From an uncultured Peptococcaceae bacterium (lineage in GTDB: Bacteria; Bacillota; DSM-12270; Thermacetogeniales; Thermacetogeniaceae): a stretch of 64,000 nt of DNA. The notes beneath the pieces were generated by a model that made no database searches, had not been told where the DNA came from, and saw only the letters and a list, made by a program, of their open reading frames with translations. Positions 31,930-42,068 of this stretch are shown one piece after another. Both the position numbers and the translations under genes were made by a program. The number at the start of each line of letters is the position of its first letter. Position 1 is the stretch's first letter. The DNA lies in assembly GCA_963807495.1 (NCBI GenBank), contig CAWEDD010000005.1, positions 28,953 through 92,952 on the forward strand, read 5' to 3'.

Positions 31930-32700
31930 GTGGTTAACAAGGTTGAGATATGCGGTGTTAATACGGCTAAACTCCCGGTTTTGACAAGCGTCCAGATGCG
32001 CGAGCTCTTTCAGAATATACTGAGCGGCGAAAGCACCGCCCGCGAAAAGCTGATCAAAGGGAACCTCCGCCTCGTGCTCAGCGTCATCCAGCGATTTACG
32101 AACCGTGGCGAGTACGTCGACGATCTGTTTCAGGTGGGTTGCATCGGGCTGATCAAGGCGATCGACAACTTCGACCTTTCCCAGAATGTAAAGTTTTCCA
32201 CTTATGCAGTGCCGATGATCATCGGAGAGATCAGGCGCTACTTGCGGGACAACAATCCGATCCGGGTCAGTCGCTCGCTGCGCGATGTCGCCTACAAGGC
32301 GATCCAGGTGCGGGAGACTTTGGTCAACCGCCATTCCCGGGAGCCATCCCTGAACGAGATCGCCGAAGAGCTGCACATCCCCAGTGAAGAGGTGATCTTT
32401 GCCATGGATGCCATCCAGGAACCTGTCTCACTGTTTGAGCCGATCTACCACGATGGCGGCGATCCGATCTTCGTGATGGATCAGATCAGCGACGAGAAGA
32501 ACCACGACGGCAACTGGCTGGAGCGGATAGCTGTCAGGGATGCGCTGAGAAAGCTCAGCGACCGGGAGAAGCTGATTCTGACCCTGCGCTTTTTTGAAGG
32601 CAAGACGCAGATGGAAGTAGCCGAGGAGATCGGCATCTCTCAGGCACAGGTGTCCCGCCTGGAAAAGGCCGCCCTCACCCACATGAGAAAATATGTCTGA
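31930..32700 (+). CDS. sigG: RNA polymerase sporulation sigma factor G
   Basis: It has VNKVEICGVNTAKLPVL, GNLRLVLSVIQRFTNRGEYVDDLFQVGCIGLIKAIDNFD, STYAVPMIIGEIRRYLRD and GISQAQVSRLEK. The GTG at 31930 lies 12 nt after the RBS GGGAGGA. Confidence 0.9.
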   Translation: MVNKVEICGVNTAKLPVLTSVQMRELFQNILSGESTAREKLIKGNLRLVLSVIQRFTNRGEYVDDLFQVGCIGLIKAIDNFDLSQNVKFSTYAVPMIIGEIRRYLRDNNPIRVSRSLRDVAYKAIQVRETLVNRHSREPSLNEIAEELHIPSEEVIFAMDAIQEPVSLFEPIYHDGGDPIFVMDQISDEKNHDGNWLERIAVRDALRKLSDREKLILTLRFFEGKTQMEVAEEIGISQAQVSRLEKAALTHMRKYV

Positions 32701-32910
32701 TGCCCTAAAAGGCAGCTTCGCCATGCTCTTGCTGCCCGATTTTTTAGGGGCGCGGTGTTTCCCGGGGCGAGCTTGGGTGTGCGTTGCGTATTTGAGGCGA
32801 AAATCTGGAAGCGCGCTGAGATCTTATAAACAAGCGTCTGAGCCTGTTGCTCATTTAATGCAGAGATAACGGCACCAGGGTCATTTTGAACATCTGAAGG
32901 AGTGGCGGGC

Positions 32911-33594
32911 ATGAAACGTAAAGCAGCGATCGTTATCATCATCTGCGCCTTGCTGGGAGGATTGGCTGTGTCTTATAGGCTGCAGCTTGCCAGGGAGCAA
33001 GCCGGCAGGGATTATAGCCACGACAACCTGATCAGGCTGCATATCATCGCCAATAGCAACGATCCCCCCGATCAGGCCCTGAAATACAAGGTACGAGACG
33101 CCATCATCGCCGCCTTGAGCCCAGAACTGCTGAAGCTGCATAGCCGCACCGAGGCGGAAGCGCTGGTGGCATCTGAACAGGACAGGATCGTTAACATTGC
33201 GGAGCAGGCTGTGTTGGCCGGAGGCTATTCCTACCCGGCGAGAGTTGAGTTGGGGGACTTTGCCTTTCCAACCCGAACCTATGGCGATCTGGTATTGCCA
33301 GCCGGCACCTACAGGGCCGTGCGCGTCGTCCTGGGCAAAGGTGCTGGGGCCAACTGGTGGTGCGTGCTTTATCCGCCGCTCTGTTTTGTGAACGCCGCCA
33401 GTTCCGGGATTACAACCAGCGAAGATGGTGTAAACATGAGCAAGGCTCTGGCAGCAGTGAAGCAGGATCTGACCCAGGGCGGGCCGCAGGAAGGGTTCAG
33501 CCCTGTTGCTGCCGGAGGCGTGAGGCTGCGGATGCGGCTGCTCGAATGGCTGCAATCCAAGAGCGTGCAGGTGGCCAGGCTGTTCGATTCTTAG
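32911..33594 (+). CDS. spoIIR: Stage II sporulation protein R
   Basis: It has a signal/TM segment, then IRLHIIANSNDPPDQALKYKVRDAI, FPTRTYGDLVLPAGTYRAVRVVLGKGAGANWWCVLYPPLCF. The start is taken at ATG 32911, after the RBS GAAGGAG. Confidence 0.85.
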   Translation: MKRKAAIVIIICALLGGLAVSYRLQLAREQAGRDYSHDNLIRLHIIANSNDPPDQALKYKVRDAIIAALSPELLKLHSRTEAEALVASEQDRIVNIAEQAVLAGGYSYPARVELGDFAFPTRTYGDLVLPAGTYRAVRVVLGKGAGANWWCVLYPPLCFVNAASSGITTSEDGVNMSKALAAVKQDLTQGGPQEGFSPVAAGGVRLRMRLLEWLQSKSVQVARLFDS

Positions 33595-33732
33595 TTCCGT
33601 CGGTATTGCCGGCAGCTGGTATTTTTGCCTTCATCAGCTCTTCACTAATTTTTTTAGGCTATTTGGATCATGATGTTGATACCATGTTCTGTATATCCAA
33701 AAATGTTTATATCTGGGTCCGTCGTTAAGGTT

Positions 33733-34900
33733 TCAATCCATCTGCCAGTTTTTATAGATCAGCAGCTCTTCAAGTATCATTTCTAGCCTTTGTTGATCCA
33801 GTGACTGGTTCATAATCGCTATATAGCAGTATAATGTTTCTTTTGGCAGACTGATGGGTTCTAACTCAATGCGCATATTTGCAGCGTAATCATTATCTTT
33901 GAATTTATTAAGTTGCAGGTGAGTCCAGCAATTATTTCTGGCAAAGGCCAATTTATGATAAAATTGTGCCAGCGGGGGTATCATTGTTGCGGCCATCATA
34001 ATTGCATGGCACTTCTTTTGAGAAATACGCTTAGAATGGAGTATGATTGATGCTAACTTGTTGTCCAAACACCGGGTATCAAGTGCATTTGCTTCTTCTT
34101 TACCGTCACAATTTAAATGGTGACGGGCCAGTTCATGCGCAGTTCTTTTTATGTCTTGAAGCTTTTTATGGTTAATCTCAAAAGCTACTAAATCCAAATG
34201 CAATCAACTCTATGATTTGCTTTATGATATAGGTAACATCATTATCGATATTTTTTTGCACTAAATAAATAATGCTGTCATACGGTAGCCCCGCAATAGG
34301 TCCCTCTCCAATGAAAGTAAGGACATTTTGTACGGCATGGTCTTCATCCTGCCCCAGTTCATAGATCGCTTCCACAGAGTTCATGTGACATGTATCCAGC
34401 ACCAGGAGATCTATGTTTTTTCCGGTATCCTTTTTCAGCAGATTCAGGGCTTTTGCCATTTCCGGAAGCCCCATGATATATGGAATATTCTGGCTGTAAT
34501 CCGTCATCATTCCAACAAATTGAAGGGCATGGCCTCCTAGTATCAACATGCAGTGCCTGGCAGGATAATTTTCCATGCCCCATTTGATAAAATCGTAGAG
34601 GCTCCGAGGATGGGCCATATTGATGTTCCCCAAGTCATTAATTAAATCAGATTGATTTTTCTTGATATAATATCGCCTTGCCCCAACCCATCTCTCATCG
34701 GCATCAGGCAGCATGTCCATGGGTCTCAGGATTCTGATCAACTGCCGGTTTTCCCGCCCTATCTGCATTATTACATTTACATTGTGACTTGAACCGGTTT
34801 TTTCCGCATCTAACTTAGCCTGCCACATTTCAGGCTCCAGTTCGTTGTTGCCGTTTGCGTAAATTAGTAACGTCCACTGCTTTTGTGTATCTGCAGCCAT
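33733..34900 (-). CDS. Clostripain-like (C11, clan CD) cysteine peptidase homologue without a signal peptide; two ORFs probably joined by one frameshift near 34190
   Basis: ORF 34178..34900 reads MAADTQKQWTLLIYANGNNELE (the C11 hallmark WTxxxYxxxDNNLE), has a His region MLILGGHALQF and a Cys region LLVLDTCHMNSVEAIYEL. ORF 33733..34203 continues in another frame with a 26-nt overlap. The gene is visibly AT-rich. The RBS GGGGTGGGA lies upstream. Confidence 0.6.
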
Positions 34901-35035
34901 TCATATCCCACCCCGTATTATTAACATATTATGACAAACAAATGATCATGGCCCCAACCTGTTTATGAAACCCACAGTAACCACATTATGCCATATTACA
35001 TATAATAAAAAATGAAGGGAGGTGTTCTTTGTCCC

Positions 35036-36148
35036 ATGCCACAACCACCAGTAAACCTTGGAACGGCAGGCAATTTCGCAGTTCTGGCCGGCTCCGGGAT
35101 CACCAACACCGGTCCGACCACGATTACGGGGGATGTTGGGACGTTTCCAACTACAACAGAAACCGGCTTTGGTTCTGTCACATTGATCGGGACGAACCAT
35201 GTGGGTGACGCTGTCACGCAGGTGGCAAAAACCGATTTGACCACCGCATATAACGACGCTGCCGGACGAGTACCTGCTACCACCGTATCCGGGGACCTCG
35301 GAGGGCAAACCCTCGTCCCTGGCGTCTACAAATCCGCGTCCTCACTTGGGCTAACAGGTACTCTCACGCTCGACGCCCAGGGCGACCCCAATGCCGTCTT
35401 CATCTTCCAGATGGGTTCCACGCTCACCACGGCATCGGGTAGCAATGTGAGTCTCATCAATGGCACCCAGTCATGCAACATCTTTTGGCAAGTTGGCAGT
35501 TCTGCGACGCTCGGAACGGGTTCTACCTTCAGGGGAAACATCCTGGCTTTGACATCAATCACAGCTACGACCGGTGTAACGGTGGATGGCCGATTGCTGG
35601 CTATGAACGGCGCGGTCACATTAGACACTAATACCATTACAAGAGCGACATGCGAAATTCCCCTGATTCTTACCAAGGTATGCCCTACTCCCACTCCTCC
35701 GAACACCCACTTTAATGTCGGAGACACGGCAACCATCACCCTTACGGTTGCCAACAACGGCTCCACCGCTGCCACCGGCGTTACGGTGTTGGATCAGATT
35801 CACATACCGGCGGATGTGCAGATCAGCAGCTTAACGACTGTTCCGTTGGCAACTTCGATCGCCCCTCCAGCGGGGCCATACTCTAATACCAACATATTGA
35901 TTACCTGGACCGGATTGACCGTGCCCGCTTTTTCATCAATACTGTTGACTGTGACCTTTACCATCTTGGCCTCCACACCGCAAGGTGACGTGATCACGAA
36001 TGTGGACGCCGGCATCACAGTATTAAGCGGCACCAGTCAATTTACGTGCACCATTCCGGTCATCGTGCCACTGCCACTGCCGCCGCCACCGCAGACCAGC
36101 CGTGCCCGTCGGGCTCAGCATCCAGGACTGCGAAACTTTTACCCGTAA
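35036..36148 (+). CDS. DUF3494 (ice-binding-like beta-solenoid) protein with a C-terminal DUF11-like repeat domain and no signal peptide
   Basis: MPQPPVNLGTAGNFAVLAGSGITNTGPTTITGDVGTFP...DLTTAYNDAAGR...DLGGQTLVPGVYKSASSLGLTGTLTLDAQGDPNAVFIFQMGSTLTTAS...CNIFWQVGSSATLGTGSTFRGNILALTSIT...GRLLAMNGAVTLDTNTI is a near-textbook DUF3494 pattern. The C-terminal VGDTATITLTVANNGSTAATGVTVLD looks like DUF11. The domain begins at residue ~6. Confidence 0.65.
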   Translation: MPQPPVNLGTAGNFAVLAGSGITNTGPTTITGDVGTFPTTTETGFGSVTLIGTNHVGDAVTQVAKTDLTTAYNDAAGRVPATTVSGDLGGQTLVPGVYKSASSLGLTGTLTLDAQGDPNAVFIFQMGSTLTTASGSNVSLINGTQSCNIFWQVGSSATLGTGSTFRGNILALTSITATTGVTVDGRLLAMNGAVTLDTNTITRATCEIPLILTKVCPTPTPPNTHFNVGDTATITLTVANNGSTAATGVTVLDQIHIPADVQISSLTTVPLATSIAPPAGPYSNTNILITWTGLTVPAFSSILLTVTFTILASTPQGDVITNVDAGITVLSGTSQFTCTIPVIVPLPLPPPPQTSRARRAQHPGLRNFYP

Positions 36149-36294
36149 CTTGAAAAAGTAATCAGGGATCAGGAAAGCGGATGCAGGCTGCAGGCGACAG
36201 CCGCTTCCAGCAGGTTCGGCCGAAAAGTTCCGCTCAGGGTCTAATGACTGGAATGCACTAAATAAACCCCCCGGACATATATTGTGTTAGGGGG

Positions 36295-36570
36295 GTGAAA
36301 GATTTGGTCAAGATTTCGGAACTACGGCTGCGCGATGTCATTAATACTTTCGATGGCAAGCGGTTGGGCGCTATCAAGGATATCGACTTCGATCTGGAGG
36401 CCGGCAGGATCAAGTCTCTGATTCTGCCGGGAGCCAACAACCGCTTTTTCAGCATGTTTGCCCGGAACGATGAGGTGATAGTTCCATGGGAAAATATAAC
36501 GAAAATCGGTGTTGATGTCATTCTGGTGAACCTGGGGCCGGCAATCCAGCCTAATCGACAGGAAAAGTAA
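36295..36570 (+). CDS. YlmC/YmxH family sporulation protein (PRC-barrel)
   Basis: ISELRLRDVINTFDGKRLGAIKDIDFDLEAGRIKSLILPG...EVIVPWENITKIGVDVILV matches the YlmC/YmxH pattern. Confidence 0.8.
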   Translation: MKDLVKISELRLRDVINTFDGKRLGAIKDIDFDLEAGRIKSLILPGANNRFFSMFARNDEVIVPWENITKIGVDVILVNLGPAIQPNRQEK

Positions 36571-36612
36571 AAAATAAAAAGAACAGAAGATTAAGAACAG
36601 AAGATAAGACTT

Positions 36613-36641
36613 TAGTCCCATAATAATAGGGACTTTTTTTA
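36613..36641 (+). terminator. Rho-independent terminator after ymxH-like gene
   Basis: TAGTCCC-ataataat-AGGGACT is followed by TTTTTTT. Confidence 0.65.
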
Positions 36642-36662
36642 TGACCTCTTGCAGGAGTTATG

Positions 36663-36710
36663 ATACTATATATTGTATTAGATAATAATACATGACTCAA
36701 TATCTTGACT
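36663..36710 (+). promoter_or_regulatory. Tandem NrdR boxes upstream of nrdR
   Basis: Box 1 is ATACTATATATTGTAT (36663-36678), close to the palindromic NrdR-box consensus acaCwAtATaTwGtgt. Box 2 is ACTCAATATCTTGACT (36695-36710; 12 of 16 positions self-complementary). The offset is 32 bp, matching the ~31-32-bp phasing reported for NrdR box pairs. Confidence 0.55.
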
Positions 36711-36824
36711 TTTTATCTTTGTGCGGATGGCTTTCAGCCCGGTTTTGCTGCTTTGCTATAAGACCTGGTTCAGGATTATGTTCAAACGTTCACTTGATGT
36801 AAAAAGAGACAGAGGTGGTTAAAC

Positions 36825-37337
36825 ATGCGCTGTCCTTATTGCAAGCATGGCGATACCAGAGTGTTGGATTCGCGGTTCGCAGAGGAGCGGGACGCGATCA
36901 GGAGGCGCCGGGAATGCGCCGCCTGCAGCCGCCGCTTCACAACCTACGAGCGGATTGAAGAGGTGCCGCTCTGGGTGGTCAAAAAAGACGGGCGCCGCGA
37001 GTTGTTCAACCGCGAGAAGCTGCTGCGGGGGATCATGAAGGCCTGCGAGAAGAGGCCGGCTACCCTGGAGACTCTGTCGGCCCTGGTGAACGACATAGAA
37101 CTCATTTTAAAAGATGCTCCCAACTCCGAGGTCTCCAGCGAAACCGTCGGGCGCCTGGTGATGGAGCACCTGCGCAGCGTGGACAAGGTGGCCTATGTGC
37201 GCTTTGCCTCGGTTTACCGGGAGTTCCAGGACGTCGGGCAGATTCTTGACTGCCTGGAAGAACTGGGAGTGGAAAACGAACCGGAAGAAGCAAGAGACGG
37301 CCCGTTCGCACTGCCCGGAGGCGGACCGGCTCAATAA
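36825..37337 (+). CDS. nrdR: Transcriptional repressor NrdR (zinc ribbon plus ATP-cone)
   Basis: It has MRCPYCKHGDTRVLDSR....CAACSRRFTTYER and the ATP-cone VVKKDGRRELFNREKLLRGIMKACEKRP. Confidence 0.92.
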   Translation: MRCPYCKHGDTRVLDSRFAEERDAIRRRRECAACSRRFTTYERIEEVPLWVVKKDGRRELFNREKLLRGIMKACEKRPATLETLSALVNDIELILKDAPNSEVSSETVGRLVMEHLRSVDKVAYVRFASVYREFQDVGQILDCLEELGVENEPEEARDGPFALPGGGPAQ

Positions 37338-37554
37338 ATCCGGTGAGAAGTGAAGACAAGAAAATTAAAGTATGGCATTTGCCCGTTGCCGGTGATACAA
37401 TTAAATAACAAACATACGTTCTTAGCCGAGATAGGATTGATCGCCGCATACAACATAGAGGTTTTGCCTGAAGCACCGTTGAGTCACACAGTCTTAATTC
37501 CAACCAGGATGTAAAATTGATAACTGTCAAAGTTACCATCAATAGGACGAGTAT

Positions 37555-40500
37555 ATGGGGGAGGCGGCCGATTTGTTTGATAGGATTAAAAAGAGAGACG
37601 GGCGGGAAGCGTCTTTTGACGATTCCAAGATCACCGACGCCATCTTCAAGGCAGCCCGGGCGGTAGGAGGGGAGGACCGCGAGACTGCGGTCGAACTGAC
37701 CCTGGAAGTGCTGCGCAAGCTGAAGAAGCAGTATAACGGGCAGGTCTTCGGGGTGGAGGACGTCCAGGACATCGTGGAGAAGGTGCTGATTGAGAAGGGA
37801 CACGCCAGGACGGCCAAGGCGTATATCCTTTACCGCGACCGGCGCACGCGGCTGCGCGACGCCAAGGGCGAACTGATGGACGTGGTCGAGGAGATTGTCA
37901 AAGAGACTGATAAGGACAACGCAAACGTGGGCAATTGCGTCAAATATGATACAAAGATAGTAAATCCTACTTCCGGAGAGCTTTTAACAATTGCCGACAT
38001 TGTTCAAAAGGGCAGGGGCGATGTTCTATCTTTATCGGGCAATCGAGTTGCGCCCAGCAAAGTAGTTGATGTGTTTGATTCAGGAGTTCAGGAATGTTTT
38101 AAAGTAACAACCAAACTAGGGAAAGTTATTGAATGCACAAGAAACCACCCTTTATTTACATTAAATGGCTGGATTAAACTAGAAAGATTGAGTATTGGTT
38201 CAAGGATTGGCATTCCTTCGATTATCCCTGTTGATGCACATGTTCAAATCAGGGATTGTGAGGTAAAACTTCTAGGATATCTGATCGGTGATGGCGGTTT
38301 AACCGAGGGGAGCCCAACATTTACTTGCCAAAATAGAGAGACTTTAAAAGACTTTACAAAAGCCGCTTCGGAATTCGGAGGAATAAGACTTTCTCTCAAA
38401 AAAAGTGTGCCATCTTGCCTTGGTGCCCCAGATACCCTATATTATAGAATCGCAAGAACAACCATTTCAGGGAGTAATCCCCTAACTGAATTTATAAGAA
38501 GTCATGGTCTATATGGTAAAACAGCGCACCATAAATTCGTGCCTGATATTCTTTTCAGGCTTGACAATCGGCAACTCAGGTTGTTTTTAGGAGCTTTATA
38601 TGCCACTGACGGTTCGTTAAACGTGTCCAATGATTTAGCATCTGTTTCATATTCTACTGTGTCTGAAAGATTGGCAAGAGGCGTACAGCATCTTCTATTG
38701 AGACTGGGGATTGTAGCAAATTTATCGAAACGAAAAACATTTTTAAGAGGGAAAGCTTGCGCTCCTTCATACGTTGTTGATATTCGCAGCAGAGAATTTG
38801 TGAGGTTGTTCTGCGAGAAGATCAGGGTTACTGGCAAACCGGCCGATAAGGTACTCGAGCTTGTTGATAGGCGCACCAAAAGTGGGGGAAGAAATAGAAA
38901 TACTCTTCCGTCAGAAGTTAGGCAACTGCTTATTGAAGCGCAACAAATAAGTGGAATGTCATGGAAGGAATTATCGAGTGCCCTTGGTTATACCGGTCCC
39001 AGAATTATCATGTACAATGCAGGCTATTACATAGCTCACGATAAACGAAACCGTTCGGTTAGCCGTGACATTGTTCGGGTAGCCGGCAAGGTCTTTAGTT
39101 CAGATAAGCTACTCGAACTAGCAAATTCAGATATCTATTGGGATGAAATTGAAAACATCGAGCCCATAGGGAAACACCAGGTTTATGATATTGCTGTTGC
39201 TGGAGCTGCTAACTTTGTCGGCAATGATGTTTTTTTACATAATTCACCGAGCGCTAAAATGCTGCAGATTGCTAGTGCTGCCAGCCGGAAGTATTATCTC
39301 ACACGCCTGATAGATGAGGATTTTTCCCTCGCCCATAGCCGGGGAGACGTACACATACATGATTTAGACTTCTACGCTACAACTTGTAATTGTCTCCAGA
39401 TACCCCTAGAAAAGCTATTAATGGAAGGATTTAACACAGGACACGGTCACATCAGGCCGCCCAAACGCCCGGCGTCGGCCACGTCCCTGGCTGCCATTAT
39501 CCTTCAAAGCTCCCAGAACGACATGTTCGGCGGGCAATCCTTCCCCTTCTTCGACAAGCAGATAGCGCCATCGATGGATGGCGCCGATGAGGATAAAGTG
39601 TACCAGGCCATGGAGGCCCTGGTATTTAACCTTAATTCGATGCACTGTTTGCCGTACAGGGAGCAGATATGGATCTTTGATATCAAAGAACAGAAAATGA
39701 TGCAGTTGCCGATCGGGTTATTTGTTGAAAACTTTGAACCAAATCGTTATAAAGCAATAAGCCTCAATGTTAAAACAGGTGAATCTGAACTCAAGTATGT
39801 AACTGCTGTGCAACGCAAGGGCAATCATAGAAGGCTCATCACTCTTATCGACGAAGATGGAAAGAAAGTTACGACTACCGATAATCACAGGATCATGTGT
39901 ATTGATAATCAGAATAGAATAACATCGGCATTCCCCGAGCAAATAATCAATATATTATCGCCGGAGAATCTATCGAGCCCTTTAATAAGCAAGATTGGAC
40001 ATGTAAACGTAAAACAATCAGTTGAATCAAGTAGCAATGATGAGTATGTTTATGATATATCTGTTGCCGATAATGAAACATTCTTAACTGCAAGCGGAAT
40101 ATTTGTTCACAACTCCAGGGCGGGAAGCCAGGTCCCTTTCTCGTCGATCAACCTGGGGACGGATACCAGCGAAGACGGGCGGCGGGTTACCCGAAACTTT
40201 CTACTGGCCTATGAGTCCGGGCTCGGCCGCGGGGAGAATCCGATCTTCCCCAACGTCATCTTCCGGGCTCAGAAGGGGGTCAGCCTAGACCCCCAAGATC
40301 CCAACTACGACCTGTTCCAACTGGCGGTGAGGGTGGCCAGCAAGCGGCTGAACCCGACCTTCAGCTTCATGGACTCATCATTCAACAAGCCTTACGACGA
40401 TCAGGTAGCCTACATGGGCTGCCGCACCAGGACGATGGACAACCGCCACGGCCCCTCGGTGACCACAGGGCGAGGCAACCTCTCCTTCACCACCATCAAC

Positions 40501-41360
40501 CTGCCCCGGTTGGGGATCAAGGCCGAGCGGAACATGAAGACCTTCTACAAACTGCTGGATGAGGTCACAGAGCTCACCATCAACCAGCTCTACCACCGAT
40601 TCCAGGTGCAGTGCCGGCTCAAGGTCAAGGACCTGCCCTTCGTCATGGGGCAGAACCTCTATTTGGGATCCGAGGGTCTGAAGCCGGATGATTCCATCGA
40701 GCCCGCCATCGTCAACGGAACCCTGACCGTGGGATTCATCGGGCTGGCGGAGATGCTGGTGGCCCTGACCGGATACCACCACGGGCAAAACAAGGAGTCC
40801 CAACAACTGGGCCTGGAGATAGTCGACTATATAAAAAAGAAAGTTGATGAGGCGAGCGAGTGCTTCAACCTCAACTACACTCTGCTGGCCACACCGGCCA
40901 GGGGCTGTGCGGCCGCTTTCTAAAGATCGACCGCAAGGAGTTCGGGATCATCCCGGGAGTTACCAACCAGGATTACTACTCCAACTCCTTCCACATCCCG
41001 GTGCATTTCCCGATCAACAGCTTTGACAAAATCAGCCTGGAGGGGCCCTATCATAAGTATTGCAATGCTGGGCACATCAGCTACGTGGAGTTTGCCGCCC
41101 CGCCGCAGCACAATCCGGAGGCGGTGGAGACGATCGTCCGGCACATGGCTGCCAGCGACATGGGCTACGCCGGCATCAACTACCCGGTGGACTTCTGCTG
41201 CAGTTGCAACCTGCAGGGGGTCATCAACGATCATTTTTGCCCACGCTGCGGCTCCGCCGACATCCGGCGCATCCGGCGCATCACCGGCTACCTGAGCACG
41301 ATCGACCGCTTCAACGACGGCAAGGTGGAGGAGTTGAACCACCGCCTGCCACACAGCTGA
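37555..41360 (+). CDS. nrdD: Anaerobic ribonucleoside-triphosphate reductase (class III RNR), interrupted by two inteins; one apparent frameshift near 40905
   Basis: It has an ATP-cone N-terminus (IKKRDGREASFDDSKITDAIFKA) and extein motifs DNANVGN|SPSAKM, HSRGDVHIHDLDFY, NLNSMH|SRAGSQVPFSSINLG and GCRTR. ORF 40860..41360 then carries the Zn ribbon CCSC...CPRC and the glycyl-radical motif RRITGYL. Confidence 0.9.
37936..39243 (+). mobile_element. Intein 1 in NrdD (436 aa) with a LAGLIDADG homing-endonuclease domain
   Basis: It starts at Cys (NVGN|CVKYDT) and ends ...DVFLHN|S. It has block B ECTRNHPLFT, LAGLIDADG motifs LLGYLIGDGGL and FLGALYATDGSL, and block F/G VYDIAV..NFVGNDVFLHN. It is visibly AT-rich relative to the exteins, in frame, and its removal restores the conserved NrdD sequence. 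Confidence 0.85.
39646..40113 (+). mobile_element. Intein 2 in NrdD (156-aa mini-intein, no endonuclease domain)
   Basis: It begins SMH|CLPYREQIWIF and ends ...GIFVHN|SRAG. It has block B VTTTDNHRIMC and block F EYVYDISVADNETF. It is AT-rich and in frame. Excision restores NLNSMHSRAGSQVPFSS. Confidence 0.8.
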
Positions 41361-41392
41361 TGGATGTACTGCCGGACAGGAGATGTTAGGCA

Positions 41393-41935
41393 ATGACATT
41401 GACCCAAGATGATGCCGCCAGATTTTATAGCATTTTTTTTAAACTAATAGACTACACCAATGACAAATACAAAGTAGTGCCAAGGCTTAAAAAAATATCA
41501 AATGCCAAAAGTGTCGATCCCAACGCTATCATGCCAATTCGTGATCGATTATGGGAAAGCGATGATATTATCAATCAAATTGTCTATAAAAATCCTTTTT
41601 CTTTCGATGAGAGGGACTTATTGCTTGTTGCAAGCTGGAAAAAAAGAATTGTAGACAATCTATTAATTTATAAACACCTGAAAAAATATACTATCTTCAT
41701 GGCCAGTGGCGGGCTCTACGGCGTAGTCGGTATTGTAAGCCCCATTGAGGAGCTGTTTCCTTCATATGTCCTGCCTCTTTTTGCGAAAACAGTATTGCTA
41801 CCCTTTGAGGGAAAGATCATTTATGACAGCCAGATAAGTGTCTATCAAATTACTTATGGCAGTGGCATACGCAGAGTGTTTAACGAAGATTACCGGAAGC
41901 TGAAGAATAGAGACGGTATTATTACTACCCTATAG
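41393..41935 (+). CDS. Hypothetical protein (180 aa), AT-rich orphan ORF inserted between nrdD and nrdG
   Basis: This is an intact ORF with MTLTQDDAARFYSIFFKLIDYTNDKY...LKKYTIFMASGGLYGVVGIVSPIEE...LLPFEGKIIYDSQISVYQITYG. It has no motif I can assign. Its composition differs clearly from the flanking nrd genes. Confidence 0.5.
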   Translation: MTLTQDDAARFYSIFFKLIDYTNDKYKVVPRLKKISNAKSVDPNAIMPIRDRLWESDDIINQIVYKNPFSFDERDLLLVASWKKRIVDNLLIYKHLKKYTIFMASGGLYGVVGIVSPIEELFPSYVLPLFAKTVLLPFEGKIIYDSQISVYQITYGSGIRRVFNEDYRKLKNRDGIITTL

Positions 41936-42068
41936 CGTGGGTACCCGGTATAGGCGGCTATCACCCCGGAAACGGCTCTGAGTTGATTCGGCGCCGGAAG
42001 TGCCGGCCCGGTTGAACAGTTAGAACGCACTGGAGCATGGCGAGGTATAAGATGATAGGAGATCGATT

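Noticed and set aside
35036-36148. Calling the DUF3494 protein an antifreeze or ice-binding protein
   Set aside because: The DUF3494 fold is widespread in non-psychrophiles. The sequence indicates only the fold, not ice binding. It was annotated by domain only.
37338-37554. NrdR boxes or a cobalamin riboswitch in the nrdR-nrdD spacer
   Set aside because: The best candidate (ATACAACATAGAGGTT) matches only about 11 of 16 consensus positions and has no phased partner. No B12-box-like GCCACTG core is present.
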